Made by a program: the position numbers and the translations under genes. Below the pieces are notes generated by a model that had not been told where the DNA came from, did not search any database, and saw nothing but the letters and a program-made list of their open reading frames with translations. A DNA stretch of 64,000 bases from positions 96,720,001 to 96,784,000 of the forward strand of contig OZ024740.1 in NCBI GenBank assembly GCA_964016885.1, in the 5' to 3' direction. This document shows, in pieces, positions 27,811 to 41,439 of this stretch (its first letter is position 1; every line of letters begins with the position of its first letter). This DNA is from Eledone cirrhosa (taxonomy: Eukaryota).

Positions 27811-27923
27811 ACCCGCTGATGAAGCCACATGCGCAGATTGTGCATTACTGCCAAATAAATGCAGACAATGGATGATATACGCTCTCTTACTGCTTTAAGT
27901 GTGGCAGAAATTCGAGTTCGGGT
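27811..27923 (+). ncRNA. Type I hammerhead ribozyme with extended stem II
   Basis: acccg-CUGAUGA-a gccac...~70 nt...gtggc a-GAAAU-tcga-GUU-cgggt. Perfect 5 bp stem I and a palindromic stem III loop. Confidence 0.7.
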
Positions 27924-28057
27924 ATGTACCCGATAACGTGTGTTATATCGAGGCAAATACATTTCTGTTTACTCTGGGATATTTACATAACCTTACCTAT
28001 TGAGTACGGTGAGATGCAACCGGTACTGGCAGGGAAACCTTATTCTATTCCCATAAA

Positions 28058-28238
28058 GGGCAGTGGACAGACGGTATCGGTAGAGGGTCGGACGCCATGC
28101 TTTGACCCATAGAGTTACGGCCCTTTCCAATATGAATTCAAATCCTGCCGAGGTTAACGTTGCCTTTCATAATGTCAAATGAAATAAAGTACCAGTAATT
28201 CACTAGTTAATTGCTGGCCTTGTGCCAAACGTAGTACC

Positions 28239-28243
<5 letters not shown>
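28058..28243 (+). mobile_element. tRNA-derived SINE
   Basis: gtatcggtagagggtcggacgccatgctttgac...gaattcaaatcctgccgaggttaac...ggccttgtgcc. Confidence 0.85.
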
Positions 28244-28299
<56 letters not shown>

Positions 28300-28300
28300 T

Positions 28301-29395
28301 AGATTTCAACGAAATTCGCTTAGTCAGTTCCCCTCTCAGCCAAAACAATGGCCCACCTATGCCCTACCAAAGTTTGCTGCTACCCATCACGACTGTGGCA
28401 GTCAGCCGAAAGCCAGAGGGGATGGGAGGGTGTTAGTTTTTATAGGTCATAATACTACCTTTCACTAAGCGTTGACGGCAAGACTGACCATCAACTCATA
28501 AGGGAAAATAGACTTAATTCTAGGTATCATGGTTTTACATTGGATGTTAAGAGTGGGAGTTGGGAATAAAAATTAAAAATTAAAATCCTAAATCAAATAT
28601 CAGAGATTATAAATTAAACAATTAAAAAATTAAAAAATTCGAAATTCAGAAATTTTTCAAGTGATAATTCGGATTGAGTAAAAATATAGATTGAAGTGAG
28701 TAAATAATATGGAGAGAGATGTTTAAGTAATAAGTTCTGAGAGGGATTCTAGTGTCACATTTACTCTATCCACATAGTGAACGACAGTGCCGTACATTAT
28801 AACGGAGGGCAAACCTACAGGCTTCAAGGCATTAGTCAATGTGACTGTGTACCAGATTGACTAATGCCTTGAACCCTGTAGGTTTGCCCTCCGTTATAAT
28901 GTACGGCACTGTCGTTCAATATGTGGTTAGAGTAAATGTGACAGTAGAATCCCTCTCAGAAATTATTACTTAAATATCTCTCTCCATATTATTTACTCAC
29001 TTCAATCTATAGTTTTACTCAATCCGAATTATCACTTGAAAAATTTCTGAATTTCGAATTTTTTAATTTTTTAATTGTTTAATTTATAATCTCTGATATT
29101 TGATTTAGGATTTTAATTTTTAATTTTTATTCCCAACTCCCACTCTTAACATCCAATGTAAAACCATGATACCTAGAATTAAGTCTATTTTCCCTTATGA
29201 GTTGATGGTCAGTCTTGCTGTCAACGCTTAGTGAAAGGTAGTATTATGACCTATAAAAACTAACACCCTCCCATCCCCTCTGGCTTTCGGCTGACTGCCA
29301 CAGTCGTGATGGGTAGCAGTAAACTTTGGTAGGGCATAGGTGGGCCATTGTTTTGGCTGAGAGGGGAACTGACTAAGCGAAGTTCGTTGAAATCT
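28301..29395. repeat. Long near-perfect inverted repeat, 540 bp arms with a 15 nt spacer
   Basis: 28301-28840 is the reverse complement of 28856-29395 with few mismatches. The left arm abuts a (TA)n tract. Confidence 0.97.
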
Positions 29396-29562
29396 GCGGT
29401 GGCTAATGGTCAACTTCCTTCGGACATGCGCTTGCGCAAACCGGTGGTGGTGAATTGGTACTCACAAGGGAACGGATGAAAAACCCAAAAGCACGAACTT
29501 CATCCGTTCCCATGTCGATTCAATTTGGATTGCCTCGGAAACATAACCTTATTATGTAACAA

Positions 29563-29637
29563 GCTGTCTGATGATGACACGACACTCGCACACAAAACAG
29601 TGTGGCCAGTGTCGTCATTGAAATATATATCAGCAGT
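29563..29637 (+). ncRNA. Type I hammerhead ribozyme near the 3' end of the foldback element
   Basis: gctgt-CUGAUGA-tgacacgacact...agtgtcgtca tt-GAAAU-atat-AUC-agcagt. Confidence 0.7.
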
Positions 29638-29812
29638 ATTATTAAAGGACTTGAACATCTGAAACTACTTCACTTTTCCTTATTCGATATTTACTCCGTC
29701 ACTCCTATGTGGAAAAAGTACGTTGAGTGCTTGAATTGAATTGCATCAATATTTACCCTAATATATATATATATATATATATACATACATACATATGTAT
29801 GTATGTATGTAT

Positions 29813-29871
<59 letters not shown>

Positions 29872-29989
29872 GTTTTGTGTGTGATTGCGTTAAATCACCC
29901 TTGTAAGGTTTTGTTCATGAAATCGTGTGCAAAAACGAATATTGTTACATTTGGGGAGAATTATATTGTTATGATATTGCTAGAAATAA

Positions 29990-30134
29990 TAATTGTTTCT
30001 ACTTTTTGCCAGCAATTATCCCAGTATATAACTAGTACTTTATCGACCCCGTAAGGATAAAAGACAAAGTTAACCTCGGCGGGAGCCCATAAAGGGCCGT
30101 AATACCCCCTACCGATACTGCTTATCCACCGCCA
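29990..30134 (-). mobile_element. SINE with internal deletions
   Basis: tactttatcgaccccgtaaggataaaagacaaagttaacctcggcggga...ctaccgatactgc..atccaccgcc. Confidence 0.8.
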
Positions 30135-30417
30135 GAAATAATGATGAAACATACACACTTTTTTAGTTTTGGTTGGGTTTCGCTTCCGTATATTGTATAT
30201 CCCTATTATATATTTATATCTATATGTTTAACGGTTGGTCAATCAATGATAAACCGTGAATGCCAGCTACGTTAACTATAGCAATATAAAATATACGAAA
30301 GCGAAAATCAACCAAAATCAAACAGTGAGTGTGCTTTATTATCAATTCTGGCAATAAAAAATATATGACCATCCACAAATATAATAATAAATATATATAT
30401 ATATATATATATATACA

Positions 30418-30464
<47 letters not shown>

Positions 30465-30949
30465 AGTATATATATATATATATATATATATATGATACAA
30501 TATATAGAGAATAAAACACAAAAAGGGGCATGCTTCCAGTTACAAGGGGTATAGAACCACTGTAGTGAAGAATATACAATCTGAAAAGTGGGGAAAATAC
30601 ATAATGATTAAAGTGAATATCGAAATGTAAAAAAGAGAATGTTTCGCTATACAGTGTATTGGTACCATACCTTATCATACGTTGTGAACAGGTGTAGAAA
30701 AGAAAATATATAGCCAACACTTCGAAAAAGATTTCAGACCATATCTTATTGTTTTGTCTCAACGCGTGCTTTTATTCTGTTGTGTGTATACCTCTGCCTG
30801 TCTGTTGAATGATTGGAAATAGTTAGTGTTTTCTTAAGTACATATCGGCTGAGTACCCTCACTTGCAACCCGGGGTATTTACGGCTGGCCTTGCCTAATA
30901 TTTAAGTATCAGTTGTGCAAGGGCGATAAATATAATTCTAATTCTATTT

Positions 30950-32260
30950 TTCATATTTATATAGATATTTTCTTTTCTGCCTTTACTTCTTCCCTCATAT
31001 ATTCCTACGAGTGTCGTGGGTCAGTCAACAACATTTATCAGACGTAGAGGTCTCCATTCGAGCTGGTGGGATGCGGAAATGCGACCAGTCTAGCTTATAG
31101 AAGTTATCCAAGCCTCTTTGTCATCATGAAACATTGTGTCTCCTATATTTTCTGAAAACTAGTCCACCCGAGACACATGACTCAGCGAGAGAATACCTTC
31201 CATATTTATATTATTGCATCATCCTCAAAGGTCTTGCCACGTTTGAGTTTTTTTAATTTCTAGGGTAACTTGAGACTCCCGTGATTTTAGTCTTTGCGTC
31301 TAGATGCTCCTCATATACATCAAAAAATGCTTTCGTCACCAGAGTTAGAAGCTGGGTAAATTATTTCCCCATGTCGTGATGATGCACTTCTATTCCGAAA
31401 GAAGAACTGCGGATGTGTTCCTGATAACAGGCAGACTTCTTGTTATAAACATGAGAGATTGTCTGCTAGAATACTTTATTTGCAGACGTGAAATCAGATT
31501 CCAGATTAACCCCCAGTTCTACAGTGTTATGCCATTGGACGTCTTTACTGCCTATACAATCTTTTTCGCGCATGTTCGTATTGCATGTGCAAGAAGGTAA
31601 ACTTATTTAAAATTCAATATTTGTAAGCTTTGTTTTTGGCATGTTAAAAATCCGGATTAAACCAGGTTCTTCTCCTGCAACCCGGTTCCACATTGATACG
31701 ATTTTACATGCAGCATTTATCAGCTGAAATAGAAACTGAGGAGCTGGGCAGCGTCTTTTCCGTTTCAAGGCTCTCAGTCTTTTCAGGAAGTTCCCTGAAT
31801 TTGGATGCAATTGTTTCCTCATATCTCGTCCTGAGCAACTCTTCACCCAATTTTATCCAGATAGATTGAGTGTGCCCTGTCTGTTTTGTGGCTTTTCTTG
31901 ACATTAGGTAATCTCAGGTTGCAGATATCTAGATTGTGATCAGTTGACACCTCAAGCCCTCTTTTAATACCAGGATCAACACGGAATCAAAAGATAAGAG
32001 ACAATAAAAAATCAATTACTGATTTATGTCCCCGATTCCCTTTATAACAGGTATATTTATGAATGCAATTGTGCTCGTAAGTGTTCCTAATAGAGATCCC
32101 ATTACTAGAATAGAAGTCTAATATAGTGTCTCCGTACGTATTTACACGAGGTTTGGAGTTCCACCTTAACGACTTTTTCAATGCCAGATGGACAGCTCCG
32201 CCATGTGCATTTATGTCTCACATTACGTTATATGACTAAATTGTAACTGTATCTAACGCT
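30950..32260 (-). mobile_element. Decayed LINE (RTE-like) fragment with AP-endonuclease C-terminus
   Basis: ORF 31987-32181 gives VNTYGDTILDF..NGISIRNTYEH..IHKYT..KSVIDF, followed by GLEVSTDHNL. These match the APE motifs N.NG..L/NT.F.H/S.IDY/SDH. Left boundary approximate. Confidence 0.8.
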
Positions 32261-32304
32261 GCATTTCAATGTTTATTTCTGAATACATATGTACAAAGGT
32301 GTAC

Positions 32305-32339
<35 letters not shown>

Positions 32340-33001
32340 AGTGTGTGTGAGTGTGTGTGTGTGTGTGTGTGCATGTGTGTATGTATGTGTACATACGTGT
32401 AAGTGTGCACGTGTGCTTGTGTATATATGTGTGTAAGTATGTAAGTATGAAAGTATATGTACGAAAAAGCATACACATAAAATGTAGAATGATCCAAGGT
32501 GTTGTTGTTAATTGAAGTCTGGCATGAGTTATTTGTAATGCCTGCGAACATTAACGATTCTTATGAATGCCAAGGGGAATTACATTCATACAGCCTGATA
32601 TTCAGATTATATGTGTGGCCTTAGACAATTGATTATATGTTGGCGCCTGTTTGTGTGGTTATTTGTTTTTGTATACAGATGTGTATGCACTGAGTGATTT
32701 TATTTAATATTTTAACTGAAGTTACATGCCATAAAAATATGCACACGCACACTAATCAGAGAATATGTATTTAATCCCTCTAGCAATAGAGAAATAACAT
32801 CGAGCTTTTCTTGATACCAATTGTACTAAGTCAAAACATTCAAGGATATAAAATGATTCTATATTTCATCTAAAAAAAATGTGATGATCATGTCGATCAT
32901 GACTTTGACAGAAGTTTTTACAACACACAAACACGTACCGATACATAAAACATTTTCAATTATATCACTCCATATGTGTGTGGGGGGGGGTATGTGTGTG
33001 T

Positions 33002-33043
<42 letters not shown>

Positions 33044-33976
33044 GTGTGTATGTGTGCACACGGGTGTATGTATGTATGTGAGACTATGTATATTTGTGTT
33101 TTGGAGAGTATGTGAGTTTGTGTGTGTAAAAGGCAAATTTACTGTTTACTGCATGTCATTCCAAGCATACTTACAAATAGACAGACACTAGGATTTCTCA
33201 TACATACGGAATGCCTCATAATTGGAAATGTCATCCAACGTAGGTTAACTTGTTTTGAGTATATTGGTGTGTTTTCAAATTTGAAATACTTATAGATTTG
33301 AAATACTGTAAATTTTAAAGATTTTGTATGTCTCAATAAAAAATTCAAATTGTCTTTAGCATAAAATATCCATTAATAGAAATGATTCAAATGTTTGTAC
33401 ATAACGAAGTTCACCCCTTTTCCCCGATCTCGGATGTAGTGGGGTGTTTTAGTTTAGGCACTACGGTATACATTTTTCGCTCTCAAATAGGCATTAAGAA
33501 CTAGATCATTTTCAATCTGGATTTATCTCTAAATGTAAGTATGAATTAGTGGTAATAAATTTTCGTATGAGTTTTAGCAGAAATGACATATATATATTAA
33601 TTCTGTGTTGCGAATTTATAGGTATGGAAATCTGAACAGACATGTACTGTGAGGATGTCACCATACACCTAACATAATCGTATATATGAAATGTATCTTG
33701 TTTGAATGGTACTCGAATTTCGCCGAAGCAAAGTGCTTATCCCTGAAGTAAATGTTTCGAAAAATGTATATCTTTGCTTCTGTTGGGGGTTACGACAGGT
33801 TCATTTGCAAAATAATTTACCAAACACTAAAACATGCGGTATGTATTTCGGTTGGTGTTTTGTCTTTGCTAAATATGTGGTCCATATATGTGAAGGACTT
33901 TAAAATGTAGAAGGGTTGAAGGACAAAATAAATGAGAAAACGAGAGTGAAAATGCACTCACACACGCGCTCACACA

Positions 33977-34090
<114 letters not shown>

Positions 34091-36854
34091 TACATTCATG
34101 CATCTATGTATGTATGTATCCTTATATCGATCTATCTATCTATCTGTATATGAGTACGCATTTATATTTATTCCTTCACAAATGTATTATATATATGCAC
34201 TACATATCATCGAAACAAGAAAAGGAAAAGTTCCAAAATATCAATATATGGAATTTATATATTAATGTATATATTCCAATGATTTCTTCAGTTTTCAGAA
34301 GCATAATTCCTTTAACGGCAATTATACAACCGTAGTGGAATATTTACTTCAAAGCGGTATCAGTGGGGGCATTGAAAAACTGGAGCGTATTTTATTGGTT
34401 TACAGCGATATTTGTCTCTGATTTTAAGATGCTCTCTTTTAGTGGAAAAAAGTAGTGTTGGCCCTCACTGATTTCATGTATACAAATTAATTATTTTGAT
34501 CCTTCATTGCTCGATACTCCTGATCATAAAACATCCAGTAACTGACTTTATCACGCGAAAGTTTATTGATTTTCGCAAAAAAGGGGATAATTACATATAG
34601 TCTGTTTTAATGGAAATCAAAAATCAAATAATGATCGTGTTAGTTTGATTAATGTTCCTCCTTGTTTTTGTTTTCTTTTCTTTTCTTTCAAGTGTTGCAC
34701 AATACAATTAGCAAAATAACAGTTGTGAAATGTCTAGTAGGAATTAAGTTTACATTGAAAACTGCAACAGTGGTCTTCAATATATTCTATAGATGCTTGA
34801 GAATGAGCCGGAATATCGATTTCTTTCAATGAGACTCGATGTATAACATTTTGTTCGACAAATAAATGGGAGCATATGACGTTCATGCCTTTTTTATGAG
34901 GAATTATGTCATGTAGGATTTAAAATATATGCAGAAAAACTGCTTAGCGAGGTCTTGCGTATATTTAATAGGTTTTTAACAGTTACCAGAAATATTGATT
35001 TCTTACAATGTGACACAACGTAAAGCTTATAATGGAGGAATAAATGGGATTGAAGGAGGTTTATGGCTTTTTTATAGCGTATGGAATTTAATTGAACCGG
35101 AGTGTTTTCATCGTGGAATTGAAATTGTGTTTTCTTTCCATATATTAGTCAGAGGAGTAACGACGGTGTTCACGACCCTTTAACAAGGTTTTACTGAATG
35201 GTAGTAGGAAACGGGGGCAAAAGACAGGAAAGGGGTATATCTGGTTAAAGATACAGCAGTAACAATAGATTTTATTTCCAATACATATCCAGTAAAAACA
35301 GTGTTCATCCTTCAGGCTGAATGATATCTGGTGTTAAAATGTAGGCCCCAATAACTCCCTATTGAGTATATCTATAACTAAAGGAATACTCTCTTTTCGT
35401 CACATCGGATATATATATGATTACATTATGGTTAAAATGATACGGTTTGGACTTTAGGGGATATAGCTGCTAATTCAAAAAATTGGATCCATAATTTTGG
35501 GTTACCCTCATTGTGTATACGTTTAAATTGTAAGCAAACTATTTAAGTTACCTTGCATCCAAGCATGGCTGCATTGTTAAGAATTTCGCAAACATTACTT
35601 ACCAGGTTCGACAAAATATAGCGTTTGACATTAGTTAGAAGGTGTAGTTAGAGATACTGTGAGAAGGATTACACATGTAATTCAAAGTCCCAGGCTTACC
35701 ACATATTTTGTCAAGCTTATTCGGGTTGAGAATAACATTAAATATATGTGTGTATATGTAATACTCAACTACGTTGTTCATCATTGAAATTGACAGAGGA
35801 TCCATCATTAGCACTGATAACAAATCCAAAGTTTCATTTTAACTACGTCAGTGCACTCGACAGCTATTGGTTTAATCCATTTATTGTGGGACATTTGAAA
35901 TTATATTGGACATAGAACGGACCATATTAAGCTCTTTTATTTCCAGTATCTCTAAAGGCCATCAGATCTGTAATATATATTACATTTCTACATATAACAC
36001 CGAGACTAGTGGATATAATTATAATGTTAGGTTCCAGATCATAATTTCGAGGATTCGATTGGTAAGTAAAAATAGATTGGGAGGAGAATTGAAGCATATA
36101 TAGACAGTTATATACATAGACATCTAGCTTGCTAGTTAGCTAGCTAGAAAGCTAGTTATATATATATAGATATATAGAGAGAGAGAGAAGAGAGAGAGAG
36201 AGAGGGTGAAATGGATAGATAAAGATATACATGTTTCGTCTTTAATGTTGGTCAATGTATTTAAGCAAAATGCAAACACACTACTTCAAATTTGCAAGTT
36301 ATATATTGCAGCGTCTGCTCTTGGTTTGGAATCAAATTTTATTGAACCAATAATGCTTTCAGTAAAATTGATCATGCATAAATAGTTTCATCTGCAATCA
36401 AAGATCTCCTGGAAATTCAATTTAAGTAGAATATAGACAGAAATAAAATAAGATCATTTCATATCTTATCACAGAAATCTAAGACTGGTGTTTTGAATAT
36501 TAATAAGATCTTTTGATTAGAAACATTACTTAGTAAAGTAATTCCAAGTCATATATATATCATCCAATCTCTCTCCACGCACACAGGCACACACACAAGG
36601 ACATACACACTCACTCAAACGCATATGATTGTGTACGTGCACAACGGAGACACGTATACACACGTATACGAAGATTTTCCTTCTTTTCTATATTTATTTC
36701 ATGTTTGGTAGAATGAACAAGTATTATCCATATTTATACTTAGTCAAACATGTTGTCTGATATAAACACAAACTGAGAATGTATGTAGAATACAAAACCA
36801 AATGTACATATTGAAACGTACATGATCAGAAGCATATGTTCTTTAATACTTGGA

Positions 36855-36885
<31 letters not shown>

Positions 36886-37754
36886 GTGTGTGGGGGGGGG
36901 GGGTATATGTGTGTGTGTATATATATATAAATGTGTGTGTGTGTCTGTGTGTGTGCGTATGTGTATTATATTATATATATTTAGAGAGAGGGAAATATAG
37001 ATATGTAGGTAGGTTGGTATGATTGTTTGTAGCTAGATACATATATGTGTATGTGTAGGTGTGTCTGGTATTTGTGTAATAAATACAATAAACATGCAGT
37101 TATTGTTTGTAGTCATAATAATCTCTGTTTCTACTAGTGTGTTTTTCTTGGAGTATCACCGATACTACCGGTTTCTCAAAACAGTACTAATCTGATGATC
37201 CTATCCCTATTTATCGTTTTTGTATATCGGTTATTTATGTGGTATCTTCTGGATGAAATTTTATTTATTTTTATTATTCAATCTCCTTCACCCAATTAGT
37301 TGTTTCTACTCCCACATGCTGGTATAAAATATATTTTCTATTGCTTTATTGTGTAAAAATCATATCGTGTGAACATCTTCAGTGAATGCCTAGTCTGAGG
37401 GAGCAGCTGCGCAACATCAGCCTATACAAAAGCAGGTATTGTATAAGCTCAATTGAGAAACAAAATAAAGCCTGAAAAGAATTGTAGAGGATTATGAAAT
37501 AAAATATAATTTTCACCATCAATTTTCATCGTGGATATACATACACACAGGCACGCATGTAAATACGACTATAATGCTAGATATTAGCAAACATGATAGT
37601 GTTTGTGGTACATAGCATATTTAGATGCGTCGGTTGGTGTGGCTGTGCCTAAATGTTATATTATATACAAACTATTTCATCCAGACACATATGTATGTCT
37701 TTATGTAAACCTAATTTCCTTCTTATAATCCATTAAAATGCTCCTCTTATTACA

Positions 37755-37941
37755 TAATTGTTTCTACTTTTGGCACAAGGTCAGCAATTACCCAGTCTAT
37801 TACTGGTACTTTATTTTATCGATCCCGCAAGGATGAAAGGCAAAGTTAACCTCGACGGGATTTCAACTCAGAATGGCAAGGGTCATAGCTCAATGCGTCA
37901 CATCATGGGGTCCGACCCTCTACCGATACTGCCAATCCACC
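37755..37941 (-). mobile_element. tRNA-derived SINE, full length
   Basis: Reverse complement of the consensus, ending tccgaccctctaccgatactgccaatccacc. Confidence 0.9.
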
Positions 37942-38904
37942 AATGTATTCAAAACTTACATGAAAATAATAAATCAGCTTTATATGTACATCATTGGCAT
38001 AGATATTCCTCAGATTATGCGTCCCAACTAATCTTAAAACGAGATATATTTTGCTGATTGTGCTAAAAATTAAAGTAATTAGTGCTATCACAATAGTGTC
38101 AATGTGAAGGAAACACGATGATTTTCAGGTTCTCAAATACATCATACAAATGAAATATGATACAAATACATCTTTACAGATCTAGTACAATATATAAACA
38201 AATGGAAGTAAACTGATCGTCAGACGCCACCGTATGTCTCTTGTATATGTCGCTCTATATAAATGCTGACAAACCCTTGTTTCATGTGTGAGGAATAGGC
38301 AATAATCCAAACTACATTTATATTCCCAGGCTGCTAATCAACACATATTTAGATGGAGGGCTTTCGTAATTTTTCATAAGTAGTGAATATATTTTATGAA
38401 GGTTTAATATTTTGAAATCTAAAATGTATGTATGCATCGTTCTGAGTATAGTTTAGTTTTACAACTTCATGTCATGATGATATTTTTTCATTATGTCTTC
38501 AGTTTTAGGAATTTTGCACACGTTTCTCCCTTTTAGTTTACATCATTTTAGCAAACCACAATAGCGCCATCTTCCGAATATAACAAACCTAATGGAACAC
38601 GTACACTAAACTTGGAAACAATTTAACGTCCAACATTCAAGTAGACAGATTTTTGTGAAGTTGTTAAAGCATTAAATAGTGGTCGTTGTACCCATAATTT
38701 GTACAAAATGAAAATAAAGGCTTCTACCAAAGAGAGTTTTAATATAAAACATTTACGGAGTTTAACAAACACATACACGTTTAATGCACGTTATTTTCAA
38801 TAAATATATATATATATATAGAGGAACGATCGACTTTCGTCAAATCGGACCGAGGGAACAATGTTTCCGTTGGTCTTTCCAATTGCTAAAACTATCTATC
38901 GGTC

Positions 38905-38990
38905 GCAACTCCAGGTAGAAGGAGCAACGTGAAATAAAGTGCCTTGCTGAAGGACATAACGCATCGCCTGGTCCAGGAATCGAACTCACA
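38905..38990 (-). mobile_element. Fragment of a second tRNA-derived SINE family
   Basis: Minus strand gtgagttcgattcc (B box) followed by tgtccttcagcaaggcactttatttcacgttgctcc. Confidence 0.6.
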
Positions 38991-39022
38991 TATATATCGA
39001 ACTCATATATATATATATCGAA

Positions 39023-39087
<65 letters not shown>

Positions 39088-39488
39088 CATCCCACCTAGT
39101 TCATTTACTTATTTCGTTATTTCTTTATTTATTTCTTCACTTCTTTCTTTCTTTATTTATTTATTTATCTAGCCTAACAATTAGATCGTTGAACTTGCTT
39201 TACTTTTTTCTTTACACTTATTCGCTTTTCTTCACTCTCAGTATTTTTTCTTTCATATATATTTTTACCCCTCATTGCTCTACCTACCGCTCCGACTTCC
39301 TCCCCCTCCCCAGTATCTTATTTGACCTCATGCCCAGCTGTAGCTGGCACTACCAAAGCTTGATTGGGTCTACTCCACCCCTCCCCTCTTTCTCCTACTG
39401 GCAGGTTTAGCCACCATCTCCCCTACTAATTTGCAATCACAGAATTACTACTGACTTTTGACAATCACTTTGACCATATATGGAATTA

Positions 39489-39580
39489 CCCCTTGAGAAG
39501 ATCGGCTATTTAAATACCAGGATAAATGTTCATTTAGTCAAGAATTAGCCGTCGAAACGGCTTGAGCTCAGCCGTCGGGG
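39489..39580 (+). ncRNA. Type I hammerhead ribozyme with U3-A8 core variant
   Basis: cccc-UUGAGAA-gatcggctatt...aattagccgtc-GAAAC-ggc ttgagctca gcc-GUC-gggg. Lies in a TA-flanked non-coding element at ~39085-39680. Confidence 0.75.
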
Positions 39581-40546
39581 CCTACTGGTTCCTATTACCC
39601 ACTCTACTACCCCAAGTATTGAGTACTTTGGTGCGTTATGGTCCACCTGGTTCCTTACCACATTACCTTCGTTATATAATAATATATATATATATATATA
39701 TCTCACATAGAATCTGGAGGCTATCCGCCAATGAGGATATCTTCAACCAAGCGGCTGATTACTACAATAGGCCCTGATAAGCGCCGGCTTTAACCGAGGA
39801 ATCTCCTACATCCCTAACGCTAGCTCTAGAAACCACCCGCCTCATAAAACTAACGTTATAGTAAGCCATACCTATAACCGATCACGCGGCGACCTCGTTA
39901 AAGTCGGATATAATAGAATAGATAACCGCACCAAAGATCACGTCCCCGGCGACGGTGAATACTGTAGATTACTCAAACTATTCCCCTATTACAAAACCAA
40001 CAAAGGCGACGGCCTACTACCAACGCCTTCCAACCAACATCTTCGTGTACATAAACATGGAAGTGGTAGAAAGAGTGCACCCGAGCATAAAGTGAAAGGG
40101 CACCGAACGGGCGATAGCGCATTAACACACATAAGAGCGATCACTTAGATGGAACCACCCGTAGCAAAAGTACAAGGACACGTAATCGCCACCGTAACGT
40201 CCTATGGTCCCCCCCCCTACTCTCGAAGTGTGGCCTCCAACATACCCCGGATATTCTTCGAAGCCTTAGAGAAGAACTTCCCACCCAACCATAGGTATAG
40301 AAAAATTATTAATAGAAACAATATAAAAATATCCTTCTCTACTACTCCTAACCTAGCAGACATCATAGGAACAACGAACCACAGTAAGATCACCAAGACA
40401 CAGCACCTCGACGCAGACGCACCTACACCTGACAATAACTGTACGGCCTTAACAACTCCCTGACAGCATCCAATAGTGTTGGCAACGGCATCCGCAGACG
40501 CAACCAGAATGACCGCGAAGGGACTGGGGAACATGCAGAACATGGC

Positions 40547-41113
40547 GTGCGGAATAACAATCGCACCATCCCGCGTGCTGTGGGTTGTAATTGTGCTAAC
40601 GACAGCTGCGGTAGCGCATCTAGCAACGTAGGCAGCAACAATGATAGCCTTATCGTGGGAAATAGACGGAACCGCGACAGAAATTGCAACTGCCGCGACA
40701 GAGGACGATGCCCCCTTAGAGGATACTGCTTGACCGATAGGGTTATATATAGATGCACTATTACTAGCCACAATAGCGTTAAACATTATATAGGGGCCAC
40801 CTCCGGCCCGTTCAAAATTAGGTTTCGAACACATCTCCACTCTTTCACAAATAGAAAACTAAGGCACTCCATCTCGCTCGCGGACTACATCACATCACTA
40901 AAGGACTTAAACATTAGCTTCTCCACGCACTGGGAGATTGTCGGCAGGGCTGCACCGTACAACTTCAAGAGGAAATGCGATCTTTGCCTCATGGAGCTCT
41001 ACCACATCATAACTGCACCCCACGAGCTCATCAACAGCAGAGCTGAAACAGCGATAAGTTGTACACATCGCTTAAAAATATCCTTCTTTAGATGGGTTAA
41101 GAATGAAGAGTGA
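40547..41113 (+). CDS. PLE GIY-YIG endonuclease domain (open remnant of a disrupted ORF)
   Basis: CNC...CPL.G.CL...VIYRC...YIGAT...FK.RF..H...W.I...CDLCL.E...LINSR.E...C.H. Confidence 0.9.
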   Translation: MRNNNRTIPRAVGCNCANDSCGSASSNVGSNNDSLIVGNRRNRDRNCNCRDRGRCPLRGYCLTDRVIYRCTITSHNSVKHYIGATSGPFKIRFRTHLHSFTNRKLRHSISLADYITSLKDLNISFSTHWEIVGRAAPYNFKRKCDLCLMELYHIITAPHELINSRAETAISCTHRLKISFFRWVKNEE

Positions 41114-41394
41114 AATAGTACACTGGATCTCCCTGCAACAAGTCTTAACACCCCGGCGGGCAGGCGCAACAAAATAACACCCAGAAAACAATCCTTGCAT
41201 ACCAGACCCAGCCTCAGACAAACGGGAAAAAAAAAAAAAAATTATCCGGGAAAGACTGCCCTAACACCGGCCAGAGTTACCTCCCTTGACCTGCTGCAAA
41301 ATCAAAACAATATATTTTTGCGAGCAATGAATCTTGATGTGGATTTAACGCCCAAACCTCTTTCCGAACTATATAAGGAACACTTGTGATTATT

Positions 41395-41439
41395 TATGCC
41401 CTTGAGAAGCCCAACTGGGCGAAACGTACGTAGGTGATA
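41395..41439 (+). ncRNA. Minimal type I hammerhead ribozyme with U3-A8 core variant
   Basis: tatgccc-UUGAGAA-gccc aact gggc-GAAAC-gtac-GUA-ggtgata. Palindromic stem III ACGUACGU, weak stem I. Confidence 0.7.

Noticed and set aside
35380-36090. Possible ancient PLE coding remnants (also ~1000-1450 and ~14850-16350)
   Set aside because: Only vague motif resemblance and no continuous frame.
37160-37270. CUGAUGA...GAAA (plus) and GAAACCGGUA (minus) hammerhead-like words
   Set aside because: Neither strand gives both an intact core and a convincing stem I.
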